Source: a virus
Direction: 5' to 3' (one strand)
Length of the DNA: 64,000 nucleotides
IMG/VR virus record: IMGVR_UViG_3300028384_001275
Span: 32,001 to 96,000 of that record
A program made the position numbers and the translations under genes. Positions 9,725 to 18,889 of the stretch are shown in pieces; position 1 is the first letter of the stretch, and every line of letters begins with the position of its first letter. The notes below the pieces were generated by a model. The model made no database searches. It was not told where the DNA came from and saw only the letters and a list, made by a program, of their open reading frames with translations.

Positions 9725-10313
9725 TGTATTTCCATACATTTATAAAGCACAGTATGATTTTAATTTTGAATCTATTCAGCATGTAGTAGATCAACATTTA
9801 GATGATGCTCGTGAGCGTGGCAATCCTGTTACCTTAGAAAAGAATGGTGGCGTCACGAGTGTTGTATTGTGCAAGGAGAATCCTCCTCATGGGTGGCCTT
9901 TGTTTGATGATTTTAAGGAGTGGTTGTTTCCTACTGTAGATGAATTGTGGGAAACTTGGAGAATGCAACCATGCTGTAAAACATTATCTGAGTCTTGGAT
10001 TAATGTGCATCCCCCTGGTGCATATACTGCTGAGCATCATCATCAAAATGTCCAAGTTGCTGTATCCTGCTATCTCTCAGTGCCAGAAAATAGCGGTAGG
10101 TTTGTCATACAAAATCCACTAAACATTTATAAGTTGGGTGAACCACTCAACTATCACTATTATGATCAGGAGATGGATTGGATGCCTATTGATGTGCAAA
10201 CGAATGATGTGCTATTCTTCCCAGGTTGGTTAAACCATAAAACTGAAGTCAATAAATCAAACGACAATAGATATATTATGTCAATGAATATCATGGGTAA
10301 TCTTAATGCTTGA
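9708..10313 (+). CDS. 2OG-Fe(II) oxygenase (TIGR02466-like, HxH type)
   Basis: SWIN...G.YT..HHH, FFPGWL.H.T..N.S...R..MS.N. Confidence 0.85.
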   Translation: MLSPVNVFPYIYKAQYDFNFESIQHVVDQHLDDARERGNPVTLEKNGGVTSVVLCKENPPHGWPLFDDFKEWLFPTVDELWETWRMQPCCKTLSESWINVHPPGAYTAEHHHQNVQVAVSCYLSVPENSGRFVIQNPLNIYKLGEPLNYHYYDQEMDWMPIDVQTNDVLFFPGWLNHKTEVNKSNDNRYIMSMNIMGNLNA

Positions 10314-11010
10314 AGTCCACGACACTAAAATTGTAAATTGGCAGTTGTTTGAGAAGATTGTGCATCTTCCCTACAAATTCACACGCACTGATGTGCCACC
10401 AACAGAATCACGTCCAGAGATAGATTTCGCTGGTCTTTATTGGACTCATCAGCTATACAATTACTGTCCAGTTTCTGACCCTGACTATTTTCAGAATGCA
10501 GGACTTGATGGTAGTGATGATCCTATGTGGAAAGATATCCTCACCTATCTAGAGGCAACTGTGCCTAGTATGCCCCCTCGGGATAATCTTTATAGTGCAT
10601 ATATTAATGTATTGCGAGAGGGCAACAATCCTGGCATTCATGTTGATGCACCATATTTTGTGCCTGACAATCAAACAGTGCTGTTATATTTGAATCCTGA
10701 TTGGGATCCAGAATGGGGTGGCGAAACTATATTTTTTGATCATGATCTTGACGCAAAAACTCTTGTTGCTCCTCGTGCTGGTCGTATTGTTATCTTTGAT
10801 GGCAGGATCCCCCACACAGGAAGACCACCAACGCCAAAATACAACCACAACAGGTATATTATGGCATTCAAATATATGAATCCAGAAGAGCGAGAGAAAC
10901 TATTTGTTGACTATGAATTGAATAACATGCCACCTGTTGAGGATCGTGGCATCGCGGGTTTTGATTCCCTGACAGTAAAAGAAATCTGGAAAACACTTGA
11001 CAAAATCTAA
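10306..11010 (+). CDS. 2OG-Fe(II) oxygenase (prolyl-4-hydroxylase-like)
   Basis: HVD, T.LLYLN..W...WGGET.F, P..GR.VIFDG.IPH..R.P, R. Confidence 0.85.
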   Translation: MLEVHDTKIVNWQLFEKIVHLPYKFTRTDVPPTESRPEIDFAGLYWTHQLYNYCPVSDPDYFQNAGLDGSDDPMWKDILTYLEATVPSMPPRDNLYSAYINVLREGNNPGIHVDAPYFVPDNQTVLLYLNPDWDPEWGGETIFFDHDLDAKTLVAPRAGRIVIFDGRIPHTGRPPTPKYNHNRYIMAFKYMNPEEREKLFVDYELNNMPPVEDRGIAGFDSLTVKEIWKTLDKI

Positions 11011-11056
11011 AGAGTGGATATTGTTAAATAGTATTGGACCCTCTAGGGAGGATCAA

Positions 11057-11218
11057 ATGTTCACAGTCAAGTCAGCACTCCTCAATCGTGAGGAAAAAAA
11101 CCTAGTCAGACGTGCCCTCTTTCTTTATCAGAAAGATTGTTATAATCGATATGGTGATCTGACAGACGAGCAACACGAACTAATAGCGGAGATTGCGGAC
11201 AAACTACATTTACGATAA
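11057..11218 (+). CDS. small hypothetical protein
   Basis: GGAGG RBS before ATG 11057; TTGACA at 10997 and TAAATA at 11025 upstream. Confidence 0.6.
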   Translation: MFTVKSALLNREEKNLVRRALFLYQKDCYNRYGDLTDEQHELIAEIADKLHLR

Positions 11219-11220
11219 TT

Positions 11221-11841
11221 ATGGAAGTATTGCCTTTATTTTCTACCCCTGTTTATCTTGATACCTGTGACATTCCTGAGATAGACTTTAACATGGAGTG
11301 GCAGAATCCTTGCGGTGATGATCCTACTTACGGCAACAATGGTAAGATCTCAGCTAATACTAATTGGTTAGAAGTTGGATTGTATAGTGATCTGAAACGC
11401 ACGATTGAAGCACACCTCTCACAATATGTTTTTGGTGTGCTGGGTAGTGGTAAAGGCATCACATTAGAGCACCAATCCTCCTGGGTCAATAGACACGACA
11501 GGGGAGATCGTGCTGCCAATCATGTGCATGTGAATAGCATGTTTAGTGGTGTTTTATACTTAGAGGTCCCACCAGATTCGGGGGATCTAATTTTTAATGT
11601 TCCTGCATCTGTGCCAACCTATTGCACCAACACCGTAAGTTTGGATATTGTAGAACCCAACGTCTACAATCAGCGTGAAGTCCCATTCACACCTGATAGG
11701 GGAGATATTATTATTTTCCCATCACATCTTCCACATTATGTTACAGCTAACAACAGCGATTTGCCAAGATATAGTCTGGCATTCAACTATTTTGCTAAAG
11801 GTGTGGTAGGATACAACGAATCGCGGTTGCATCTGAAATGA
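11221..11841 (+). CDS. 2OG-Fe(II) oxygenase (TIGR02466-like, HxH type)
   Basis: LFSTPV, SWVN...G.....HVH.NS.FSGVLYL, IFPS.L.H.V..N.S...RYSLAFN. Confidence 0.85.
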   Translation: MEVLPLFSTPVYLDTCDIPEIDFNMEWQNPCGDDPTYGNNGKISANTNWLEVGLYSDLKRTIEAHLSQYVFGVLGSGKGITLEHQSSWVNRHDRGDRAANHVHVNSMFSGVLYLEVPPDSGDLIFNVPASVPTYCTNTVSLDIVEPNVYNQREVPFTPDRGDIIIFPSHLPHYVTANNSDLPRYSLAFNYFAKGVVGYNESRLHLK

Positions 11842-12185
11842 CAACACCTTTAATGATCGGTGAAAGTGTGCCACTAGAAGTTAAAAAGATTATAGAGACA
11901 CTTACATTGGGACGTAGAGCAAGATTTAGAGGTTGTGAGGGATTCATTGATTTTATTTCAGATCAATATATAACTATTTGTTATAAGCAGAAGAAAAGTT
12001 TGCCTGGTAGTCGTAGACCATATGAAAACTCTAGTATTTTAGTATATCATTGGGACTGGGATGATTTAGAGGTTGATGATAGTGCCATGCACGATGTTAG
12101 GCAATATAGAGGAAAGATTAATGATCACCCAGGTAACGAAATGTTACCGTATACGCCCCAGGCGGCGGATGTTGCCATTCTCTAG
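11838..12185 (+). CDS. hypothetical protein
   Basis: ATGA overlap; 115 aa. Confidence 0.6.
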   Translation: MTTPLMIGESVPLEVKKIIETLTLGRRARFRGCEGFIDFISDQYITICYKQKKSLPGSRRPYENSSILVYHWDWDDLEVDDSAMHDVRQYRGKINDHPGNEMLPYTPQAADVAIL

Positions 12186-12201
12186 CGTGATGGTGTATAA
12201 T
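12172..12201 (+). promoter_or_regulatory. sigma70-type promoter
   Basis: TTGCCA (12172-12177), 18-nt spacer, TATAAT (12196-12201), upstream of ATG 12225. Confidence 0.6.
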
Positions 12202-12224
12202 TTCAGAGTAACGCACCCCACCCG

Positions 12225-12827
12225 ATGACCAGCACCCTCTCCAAGGTATACCGCGACCTGATCCCCGTTGCCCTGAATGAGATGACCAGCATCCTGAATC
12301 AAATGCTTAGTGTGATCGATAAGGACCTGGATGGTATGGGTGGCACTGTTGATAAGACTAAGTTTCTGGCACATGTGCAACCCGTAGCTTTTAAGAATGC
12401 TGCTGCACGTCTTGGCATTGACTATAACTTTGTCAATGCAAATGGTTACGACACTGAGATCAACATCCACGAAGAAGGTGCTGAGATCCGTTTTCGTATT
12501 GAGGACAAAATGTCTCTGATGGAATCCACTGATTCTTTTGCTACTGGCAATAACCACAGCAAAGTCAAAGATTACACTCACTTTGTGATGAAGTTGCAGA
12601 ATGTGGGTAACATCTTCACATCATGCTTTGCTGCTCTAATTGATGTCCCCAATCTGTCAGATGGCAGCGGTTGGAATGATACTGTCACCAAGTCAGGTAA
12701 GAATAACAATGGTTTCTCTTCCCTGAAGATTCTTAAGGAAGATGCTGATAAGATTGAGGTGATCTATGGTAGCATTCGTAATGCCAAGAAATTCATCCAC
12801 TCCGAATACGAAACTCTCGATGCTTGA
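12225..12827 (+). CDS. hypothetical protein, possible PD-(D/E)xK restriction endonuclease
   Basis: GYD...IEDK motif; overlaps the start of a DNA methyltransferase gene. Confidence 0.4.
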   Translation: MTSTLSKVYRDLIPVALNEMTSILNQMLSVIDKDLDGMGGTVDKTKFLAHVQPVAFKNAAARLGIDYNFVNANGYDTEINIHEEGAEIRFRIEDKMSLMESTDSFATGNNHSKVKDYTHFVMKLQNVGNIFTSCFAALIDVPNLSDGSGWNDTVTKSGKNNNGFSSLKILKEDADKIEVIYGSIRNAKKFIHSEYETLDA

Positions 12828-13607
12828 TATTAATACCACACACCACATGAATTGCATCGATGGGATGCAACAAATGGATGCTGAAAGTGTTGACCTAGTT
12901 ATCACCTCTCCTCCATATTCATGAAGGTTGCAGATGAGTTGTCTCGTGTGCTCAAACCTGGTGGAGTCATTATGTGGAATGTCAACGATGCCACGGTGAA
13001 AGGTAGTGAAACTGGTAGTAGTTTTCGGCAGTGCCTTTACTTTATGGATGCTCATGGTCTCCGTTTACATGATACTATGATCTATGAAAAGACAGGCACA
13101 GCGTTTGCATCTGGTCCAAATAGTGTGAGATATACTCAGATCTTTGAGTATTGTTTTATTCTATCCAAGGGCAAACCTAAGACAATTAATCTTATTCAAG
13201 ACAAGAAGAATAAGTGGGCAGGATATACTTCATTCGGCAATGCTGTGACTAGGAAGAAGGATGGCACCTTCAATGATCCTGGTAAGAAGAGTAATGCCAT
13301 CAGAGAATGGGGAGTGAGGACTAACATCTGGAAGATCAAGAATAGTGGTGGTTTTGGACAATCATCCAAGGCAAGTTACAAACATCCTGCTACAATGCCT
13401 GAAGAGTTAGCTAGAGGTCATGTAATTACATGGTCTAATGAGAAAGATCTAATTCTTGATCCTTTTATGGGTGCTGGCACCACTGCCCAGGTTGCCCTAG
13501 AAGAAAACCGCAATTTTATTGGTTTTGAGATTGATGATACATATCATCAAATGTGTGTTGACAGAATCACACCAATGCAGGACAATTTATTGACACGGTT
13601 ATGCTAA
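12820..13607 (+). pseudogene. N6A/N4C DNA methyltransferase (beta class), split by a frameshifting lesion after SPPY
   Basis: 12820-12924 encodes MLDINTTHHMNCIDGMQQMDAESVDLVITSPPYS-stop. 12921-13607, in another frame, encodes RVLKPGG, HPATMP and ILDPFMGAGTT (motif I). Confidence 0.8.
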
Positions 13608-13804
13608 GAAACAAAGCAAAAGTAACACCTAAGAGTGATAAAGCAAAGAAGATCTTTGCTGAATATCTCAACAGTAAACCTATTGTAACTGTTGAGCATA
13701 AACGTGAGGACCGTTGGTTTTTCTCTAGCATAGATAATCCAGACTTCTGGTTTTGGGTTGATGTGCCTAAAGATATCAACTGGGAGTATACTTTAATCGA
13801 TTAA
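13601..13804 (+). CDS. hypothetical protein
   Basis: 67 aa; overlaps the upstream stop. Confidence 0.6.
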   Translation: MLRNKAKVTPKSDKAKKIFAEYLNSKPIVTVEHKREDRWFFSSIDNPDFWFWVDVPKDINWEYTLID

Positions 13805-14137
13805 TTGCCCCAACTGCCCTACATGTCCATGACTGTAACTATCACCAGCGAGAAATCTATGTCTAACTATGAGAAATTGGTAGAAGACCTGAAAGAATTG
13901 ATTTCAGGATATGTTGAAGAAGATCAAGTATCTCCCACACAATTTGTGTGTGCTCTAAGAGCAGCATTGGCAGAGTGTCATGAATGGCATGAAACTAGAT
14001 CAGTATTGCTCGAAGATACTCTAGAATTGCTCAAGACAAGGAAAACTGTAGTCACTGAGCGTGAGTTACTCTTAGAGACCACAGAAGATGTCGCTAAAGT
14101 AAACTATCAAGCAGGTTTTTGGCCTGGAAATGATTAA
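13805..14137 (+). CDS. hypothetical protein
   Basis: ORF in the tightly packed + strand array; true start may be a downstream ATG. Confidence 0.55.
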   Translation: MPQLPYMSMTVTITSEKSMSNYEKLVEDLKELISGYVEEDQVSPTQFVCALRAALAECHEWHETRSVLLEDTLELLKTRKTVVTERELLLETTEDVAKVNYQAGFWPGND

Positions 14138-14364
14138 TGAGTGCAGCAGATAACGCAGAGCAAGCATCACGAAAGATGCTTGCTAAATTACAAGAATATA
14201 ACAATAAGATTCTTGGTAGTGATGACATCGAAGAATCAATTATTGAGCGAGTGAATGCAGCAACAGAATTGCGGGACATATTGCAATCAACCCGAAAAAT
14301 GCAAGAGTTGGCAGCAAAGCAACATCGACATTCTAAGCAGAGTGAGACTACCGATGAAGTATGA
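14137..14364 (+). CDS. hypothetical protein
   Basis: TAATG stop/start coupling; 75 aa, helical. Confidence 0.55.
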   Translation: MSAADNAEQASRKMLAKLQEYNNKILGSDDIEESIIERVNAATELRDILQSTRKMQELAAKQHRHSKQSETTDEV

Positions 14365-14911
14365 TAAACCTATAGTTATTGATAATTACTTTCCAGATTG
14401 GTTAGTTGATCATGTTGGAGATTATTTTGCTGGTTATCCTGTAACCTTTACAAATTCTCCAACTGCTGTATATGAAAATGCCAAATTCTTTGGCAATATG
14501 ATAATGACTGACGATCAATGGACTGTGCCTGAAGATATTCAGTCTTGGTTTATTGAATACTTTAATAACTGCATTTATTTTGATATTTGTAAGAATGATA
14601 ACATCACACATTGTCATCGCATTCTATTAAATGGGCAGGTGAAAGGTCAAAAATCACAGAATCACTGTGATTCAGATTATGATTGTTATTTGAGTGTGAT
14701 TTATCATGCTTCAGGCACATCTGGAAGCACAGTGTTTGTGAATGATTCTGATGAGGATGTGCAAGAGGTAGAGTTTAAGCCTGGGCGCATGATTCTCTTC
14801 AATTCTACACTCTGGCATCGTGGAGATCCACCAGTTGATGATAACTATCGTGTGAGTCTTGGTTGTGTTTATCCCATGGTGCCCATTCAGGATCTTCCCC
14901 ACCCCGTGTGA
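14354..14911 (+). CDS. 2OG-Fe(II) oxygenase
   Basis: VIDNYF, HCD, G.T.F, V.FKPGR.ILFNS...H.G.PP...R.SL. Confidence 0.8.
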   Translation: MKYDKPIVIDNYFPDWLVDHVGDYFAGYPVTFTNSPTAVYENAKFFGNMIMTDDQWTVPEDIQSWFIEYFNNCIYFDICKNDNITHCHRILLNGQVKGQKSQNHCDSDYDCYLSVIYHASGTSGSTVFVNDSDEDVQEVEFKPGRMILFNSTLWHRGDPPVDDNYRVSLGCVYPMVPIQDLPHPV

Positions 14912-14977
14912 CGGTCGGCAAGGTGCCCACTAATCTGGCACAGCACCTCTAAAGCATGTATATTAAAAGAGTCAAAG
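14907..14977 (+). promoter_or_regulatory. repeated early-type element, copy 1
   Basis: TGTGACGG-N8-GTGCCCAC, 28 nt, then TATATT within TGTATATTAAAAGAGTCAAAG. Confidence 0.75.
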
Positions 14978-14992
14978 GGATCGCACCAAACG

Positions 14993-15157
14993 ATGACCAA
15001 ACGCGAAGCAAAAGCTAACTTTCTGGCAGTATCTGTCCCCGAAGGTCTCAACGATAAACCTGCAATGCGTTACGCTTGGGGTTTATATACCGACCTACTT
15101 TGCAAAGAAGGTTACATCACCATGAAACAGTATGAAACCTGGACCTGCCCTTTCTGA
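14993..15157 (+). CDS. small hypothetical protein (54 aa; not in ORF track)
   Basis: MTKREAKANF...LCKEGYITMKQYETWTCPF, directly downstream of element copy 1. Confidence 0.65.
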   Translation: MTKREAKANFLAVSVPEGLNDKPAMRYAWGLYTDLLCKEGYITMKQYETWTCPF

Positions 15158-15194
15158 CCGCAAAAGTTACATCAAACCTCCAACATTTTCTACG

Positions 15195-15434
15195 ATGTCT
15201 GACTTTATTTGTGCTTACTTTGGTAAAGATTGGACCATCACTGCCCGAGGATTTGCATCACTCAAGCAGGCAGAATCGCATGGTAAATACATGATGCCAA
15301 TGGCAGGATGTTTCGGTTTCGCTGTTATCTCAGAAGACCCAGATTCTTGGATTGTGTTTGATCAATTCAGCATGTTGTCTGGTAAAGAGACAGTAACTCG
15401 CGACGACTTCAAAAACTTCACTGTTTCCTTCTGA
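15195..15434 (+). CDS. small hypothetical protein
   Basis: MSDFICAYFG...; start re-called so it does not overlap the previous ORF. Confidence 0.6.
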   Translation: MSDFICAYFGKDWTITARGFASLKQAESHGKYMMPMAGCFGFAVISEDPDSWIVFDQFSMLSGKETVTRDDFKNFTVSF

Positions 15435-15601
15435 TGATTACTTCCAAGAGTCAAATGCTCCGCATAATGAAAAATTGTGATGGAGCAGATATTCTCACCC
15501 GAGAGGAAAAGTTTCAGGTATTTGTGAGAGTTTGCGACAACATGTTGGAGCAAGGTAGAATGACCAAAGCAACTCACAAACGTTTCACCCACATTTTCTG
15601 A
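15434..15601 (+). CDS. small hypothetical protein (55 aa; not in ORF track)
   Basis: TGATG coupling at both ends; MITSKSQMLRIMKNCDGADILTREEKF... Confidence 0.6.
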   Translation: MITSKSQMLRIMKNCDGADILTREEKFQVFVRVCDNMLEQGRMTKATHKRFTHIF

Positions 15602-15741
15602 TGCCATCATTCACTGATAAACAACTAGAAATCATTCTTGATGCTGTTGAGGATTATGGTGTGCTAGCTGATGAGAATCTTGCCGACGATTGTGCTGAGA
15701 TTCTTGACATCATCGAAGCATACATGCTTAACAAGAAATAG
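15601..15741 (+). CDS. small acidic hypothetical protein (46 aa; not in ORF track)
   Basis: MPSFTDKQLEIILDAVEDY...; its stop abuts element copy 2. Confidence 0.55.
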   Translation: MPSFTDKQLEIILDAVEDYGVLADENLADDCAEILDIIEAYMLNKK

Positions 15742-15812
15742 GTGGACAGTCGGCAAAGCGCACACTGATCCACCCATTCGCCCCTAAATCCTGTATATTA
15801 AAAGAGTCAAAG
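15742..15812 (+). promoter_or_regulatory. repeated early-type element, copy 2
   Basis: GTGGACAG-N8-GCGCACAC, 28 nt, then TATATT within TGTATATTAAAAGAGTCAAAG. Confidence 0.75.
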
Positions 15813-15825
15813 GAATTCACACCAC

Positions 15826-16077
15826 ATGCAACTCACTTCCAAAGATGGTAACATGGTTGTTGACTTTTATCCCATCAAATTTGCAACGGGTGAAACTCAC
15901 AATCGTCTGATGCTTAAGATTGTTACTTTCATGGGACAATCTCAGTCTAAGCGTTACATCAACAAGAAAGAAATGCAGCGTGAGATAGATTCTCGCGTTG
16001 AGGGTTATGGTTACGAAGTAACCGAGATTCACACAATCCCACAACTCTTCAACTCTGCAATGGGGATGGCGTGCTGA
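15826..16077 (+). CDS. conserved cyanophage early hypothetical protein
   Basis: MQLTSKDGNMVVDFYP...; lies downstream of element copy 2. Confidence 0.65.
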   Translation: MQLTSKDGNMVVDFYPIKFATGETHNRLMLKIVTFMGQSQSKRYINKKEMQREIDSRVEGYGYEVTEIHTIPQLFNSAMGMAC

Positions 16078-16379
16078 TGACAACTTACGAAGATGTGCTA
16101 GAGTATGAAAACTATTCTCCTTCAAGTCCTATGTCAATGATGAAACAAATTGTGATTGATAAGATGAATTCAAGTGACAATCGTGTGCCATTATGTGACA
16201 TCGACATGACATCAGAGGAGGAGAATTGTATTCTCTGTCTGCTTGAAGAATATGGTTTGGATGATCCTCTCTGGGGTGAAACTGTCCGATCTATTCTTAA
16301 CAAGAATCTGCAAAAACTGCGTGAGCTAAATGATACAACGTCTTCTGAATTGGTTGACAGTTCGTTTTACATTCTCTAA
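16071..16379 (+). CDS. hypothetical protein
   Basis: Packed ORF; ATG 16077 is a likely start. Confidence 0.5.
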   Translation: MLMTTYEDVLEYENYSPSSPMSMMKQIVIDKMNSSDNRVPLCDIDMTSEEENCILCLLEEYGLDDPLWGETVRSILNKNLQKLRELNDTTSSELVDSSFYIL

Positions 16380-16381
16380 AC

Positions 16382-16663
16382 TTGGTATACCTTACTATCC
16401 GCCAAAAAATGAATCCAATCGTGAATCCTGACACAACTTATCACAGTCAAAGATTTGATCGACTCGTTGATGCTGTCGATGACTATCTTACTGATGAAGA
16501 TATATCTTCAGAAAGATTCTACAAAGACTTACTAGAGGCGATCAAAAATGGGGCAGACTATCACGATCGCTATGCGAGAAAGTATCATGAATCATACCTA
16601 AAAGTGTGTGGATTGTTGAAAGATGTCAGTGTGCCACCTGACGAGGTGTCCACTATCGGTTGA
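16382..16663 (+). CDS. hypothetical protein
   Basis: Packed ORF; TTGACA(16354)-17-TAAACT(16377) promoter candidate upstream; true start is probably a downstream ATG. Confidence 0.55.
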   Translation: MVYLTIRQKMNPIVNPDTTYHSQRFDRLVDAVDDYLTDEDISSERFYKDLLEAIKNGADYHDRYARKYHESYLKVCGLLKDVSVPPDEVSTIG

Positions 16664-16687
16664 TCTGGACCCGTTTTCCTGTATTCT
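16630..16687 (+). promoter_or_regulatory. repeated early-type element, copy 3
   Basis: TGTGCCAC-N8-GTGTCCAC, 28 nt, then TATTCT. Confidence 0.7.
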
Positions 16688-16693
16688 AAGGAC

Positions 16694-16921
16694 ATGGAAA
16701 ACAACGCAACCACAATGGTCTCACTGCTCCAAGACTCCAAATTCATCGATGCTATTCAATCGATGCAATCTTTCGCTTTTGAGATGAATCCTGACATCGA
16801 CATGTGTTACGATTATGTGTGTGAAATGGCAGGCATTTCCACCTTCGTTGCTGATGCTCCCGCATGGGATCTTTTCTACGATATGTGGGAAGTAGTTAAG
16901 GAGGAAAATGGTCTTGACTGA
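16694..16921 (+). CDS. small acidic hypothetical protein
   Basis: ORF downstream of element copy 3. Confidence 0.55.
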   Translation: MENNATTMVSLLQDSKFIDAIQSMQSFAFEMNPDIDMCYDYVCEMAGISTFVADAPAWDLFYDMWEVVKEENGLD

Positions 16922-17195
16922 CACTAAATCTTATCCACTGTTTTCTAATCTCACTAAAATGATCATCTCTTCCGAATCTCGCACCATCAACAACATGGAT
17001 CATAAAGTTATCACTGCCGATGGTCTTGATCGTGTCCAGATTAACAATCAGCTCCACTATCTGAATGTGGAGATGGATAAACTTAAAGCGAAACAATCTG
17101 TTTTGCTTGCTGCTCGCGATGCCATTGATTATGAGTGCGAGCGTATGGAAATCGGCAACGATTGTGACAACTTGTTTGAGCAGATGTTTGAATGA
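16908..17195 (+). CDS. hypothetical protein
   Basis: GGAGG RBS; helical C-terminus. Confidence 0.5.
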   Translation: MVLTDTKSYPLFSNLTKMIISSESRTINNMDHKVITADGLDRVQINNQLHYLNVEMDKLKAKQSVLLAARDAIDYECERMEIGNDCDNLFEQMFE

Positions 17196-17443
17196 TTTCC
17201 CTACCTAATTACAGCAAACCACTCTCAACATTTCATCCCATGATTACTGAAAAGGATCTCACTAATCTCAAAGAGAAGTATTTTGATTTCATCATTGATA
17301 ACATGGACTACGATGGTTTATGTCAATTAGCATGGGATGCGTTGAGTGATTCCTACAAAGATTCTTCATGGGATGATGTAACCGAAGAGATCAAAGATCT
17401 TTATGATGAAGAGACTCTAATCCAACTTATTCCAGAATCATGA
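17192..17443 (+). CDS. small acidic hypothetical protein
   Basis: ATGA overlap; IIDNMDYD.L...EEI...YDEE pattern. Confidence 0.55.
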   Translation: MISLPNYSKPLSTFHPMITEKDLTNLKEKYFDFIIDNMDYDGLCQLAWDALSDSYKDSSWDDVTEEIKDLYDEETLIQLIPES

Positions 17444-17574
17444 GAATTTGTCTTGCTGCTATTGTTATCATCATTACTGCTAACATTGGTCTATTAGCTA
17501 TCAACAAGGTCCAAGATCTTCAGGATCAAAGAATGCAGAAACTTTGCAAAGTTGATGCAACTTATTGCATGTGA
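17440..17574 (+). CDS. small membrane-anchored hypothetical protein (44 aa; not in ORF track)
   Basis: ATGA overlap; hydrophobic N-terminus MRICLAAIVIIITANIGLLAI; ends LCKVDATYCM. Confidence 0.55.
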   Translation: MRICLAAIVIIITANIGLLAINKVQDLQDQRMQKLCKVDATYCM

Positions 17575-17640
17575 CACCTCACATGCTGTCCACTCGGGAC
17601 GCTACGGCGTCCCTTTTCCTGTATATTAAAAGAGTCAAAG
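17570..17640 (+). promoter_or_regulatory. repeated early-type element, copy 4
   Basis: TGTGACAC-N8-CTGTCCAC, 28 nt, then TATATT within TGTATATTAAAAGAGTCAAAG. Confidence 0.75.
17596..17617 (+). terminator. intrinsic terminator embedded in element copy 4
   Basis: GGGACGC-TACG-GCGTCCC-TTTT (UNCG tetraloop, one G-U-free 7-bp stem). Confidence 0.6.
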
Positions 17641-17650
17641 AAACGCACCA

Positions 17651-18889
17651 ATGATCACCCTTCGTCCCCATCAGTCCCGTGCTCTCGCAGCAATGAGCGC
17701 CGCTGATCACGGTCAGGTTATTGTGCCAACTGGTGGCGGCAAGACTATCATCATGATTGAGCACGCTAAGCAACAACTAGAGCAAAAACCTTCCACCATT
17801 GTTGTTGTCGCTCCGCGCATTCTCCTCGCTAATCAACTCAGCACGGAGTTTATGCAAACAATCAGCGCAACATGGACGCATGTTTGCCATGCTCACAGTG
17901 GCGAAACGCATTACTTTAGCTCTACCAAGAGTGACAAAATTGCACTCTTCAATGATACTGCACGGGCAGCAGGTGAGTCCTGCATCATCTTCACTACCTA
18001 CCACAGTTTGCGTCGTGTTGTTGATAGTGGCATCGACGTTGATGCTATCTATTTTGATGAAGCACACAATGCTTGCACTAAACACTTCTTTGTAAGTGTT
18101 GCTGCTATGAGTATGATTGCAGACAAAAAGTATTTCTTCACTGCAACACCTCGCGTCAGCAATAAGCATGACCGTGGTATGAATAACCGTGAGATCTTCG
18201 GTCCCGTTATTGAGAATGTCCCTGCCCCTGAGTTAATTCAAGGCGGTCACATTCTTCCCCCTACGATTGTCCCTTTCGAGACAGATCACACCGTTGATAA
18301 GAAGAATCCACACCTTGTGCATAGCAACACTGTGCAGGATATTATTGACAATCTCGATGAGACTGACGCTGCAAAAGTGTTGGTAGCTGTGCCATCTTCC
18401 CGTGTGCTGGGTAACATTCTGGGTCACACAGATCTCTTGTCTGAGTTGTCTGATCGTGGATATGATGTCCTCCACGTTACATCTAAGTTTGGCGCATATG
18501 TCAACAAACAGAAAGTTTCCCGTGAAACATTCTTCGACACGTTGACAGCATGGGGCAAAGATTCTGATCGTAAATTTGTACTCTTCCACTACAGCATTCT
18601 GTCGGAAGGTATCAACGTCCCTGGTCTCACTCATTGCATCATGCTCCGTAATCTTAACGTGGTTGAGATGGCACAAACGATCGGACGTGTTATCCGTCTC
18701 GATCCTACTGACGCTGCTAAATTGCAGTCGGGTGAGTTACAGCCTCAGCAGTGGGGTTTCTATAACAAACCCACAGGATTTGTGACTGTCCCAGTTCATC
18801 GTAACTACGGCAAAGCAGTTATTAAGCGTTTGCAGCGTATCACGGATGAAATTTTTGTAAAGGGAGTGCCTGCCACTGCATTAGTCTAA
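17651..18889 (+). CDS. superfamily 2 (DExH) helicase
   Basis: LRPHQ, PTGGGKT (Walker A), FDEAH, TATP, LSEGINVP, QTIGRVIR. Confidence 0.9.
   Translation: MITLRPHQSRALAAMSAADHGQVIVPTGGGKTIIMIEHAKQQLEQKPSTIVVVAPRILLANQLSTEFMQTISATWTHVCHAHSGETHYFSSTKSDKIALFNDTARAAGESCIIFTTYHSLRRVVDSGIDVDAIYFDEAHNACTKHFFVSVAAMSMIADKKYFFTATPRVSNKHDRGMNNREIFGPVIENVPAPELIQGGHILPPTIVPFETDHTVDKKNPHLVHSNTVQDIIDNLDETDAAKVLVAVPSSRVLGNILGHTDLLSELSDRGYDVLHVTSKFGAYVNKQKVSRETFFDTLTAWGKDSDRKFVLFHYSILSEGINVPGLTHCIMLRNLNVVEMAQTIGRVIRLDPTDAAKLQSGELQPQQWGFYNKPTGFVTVPVHRNYGKAVIKRLQRITDEIFVKGVPATALV

Noticed and set aside
12900-12930. Programmed -1 frameshift restoring the methyltransferase
   Set aside because: No slippery heptamer at the junction, and a segment normally present after SPPY appears to be missing.
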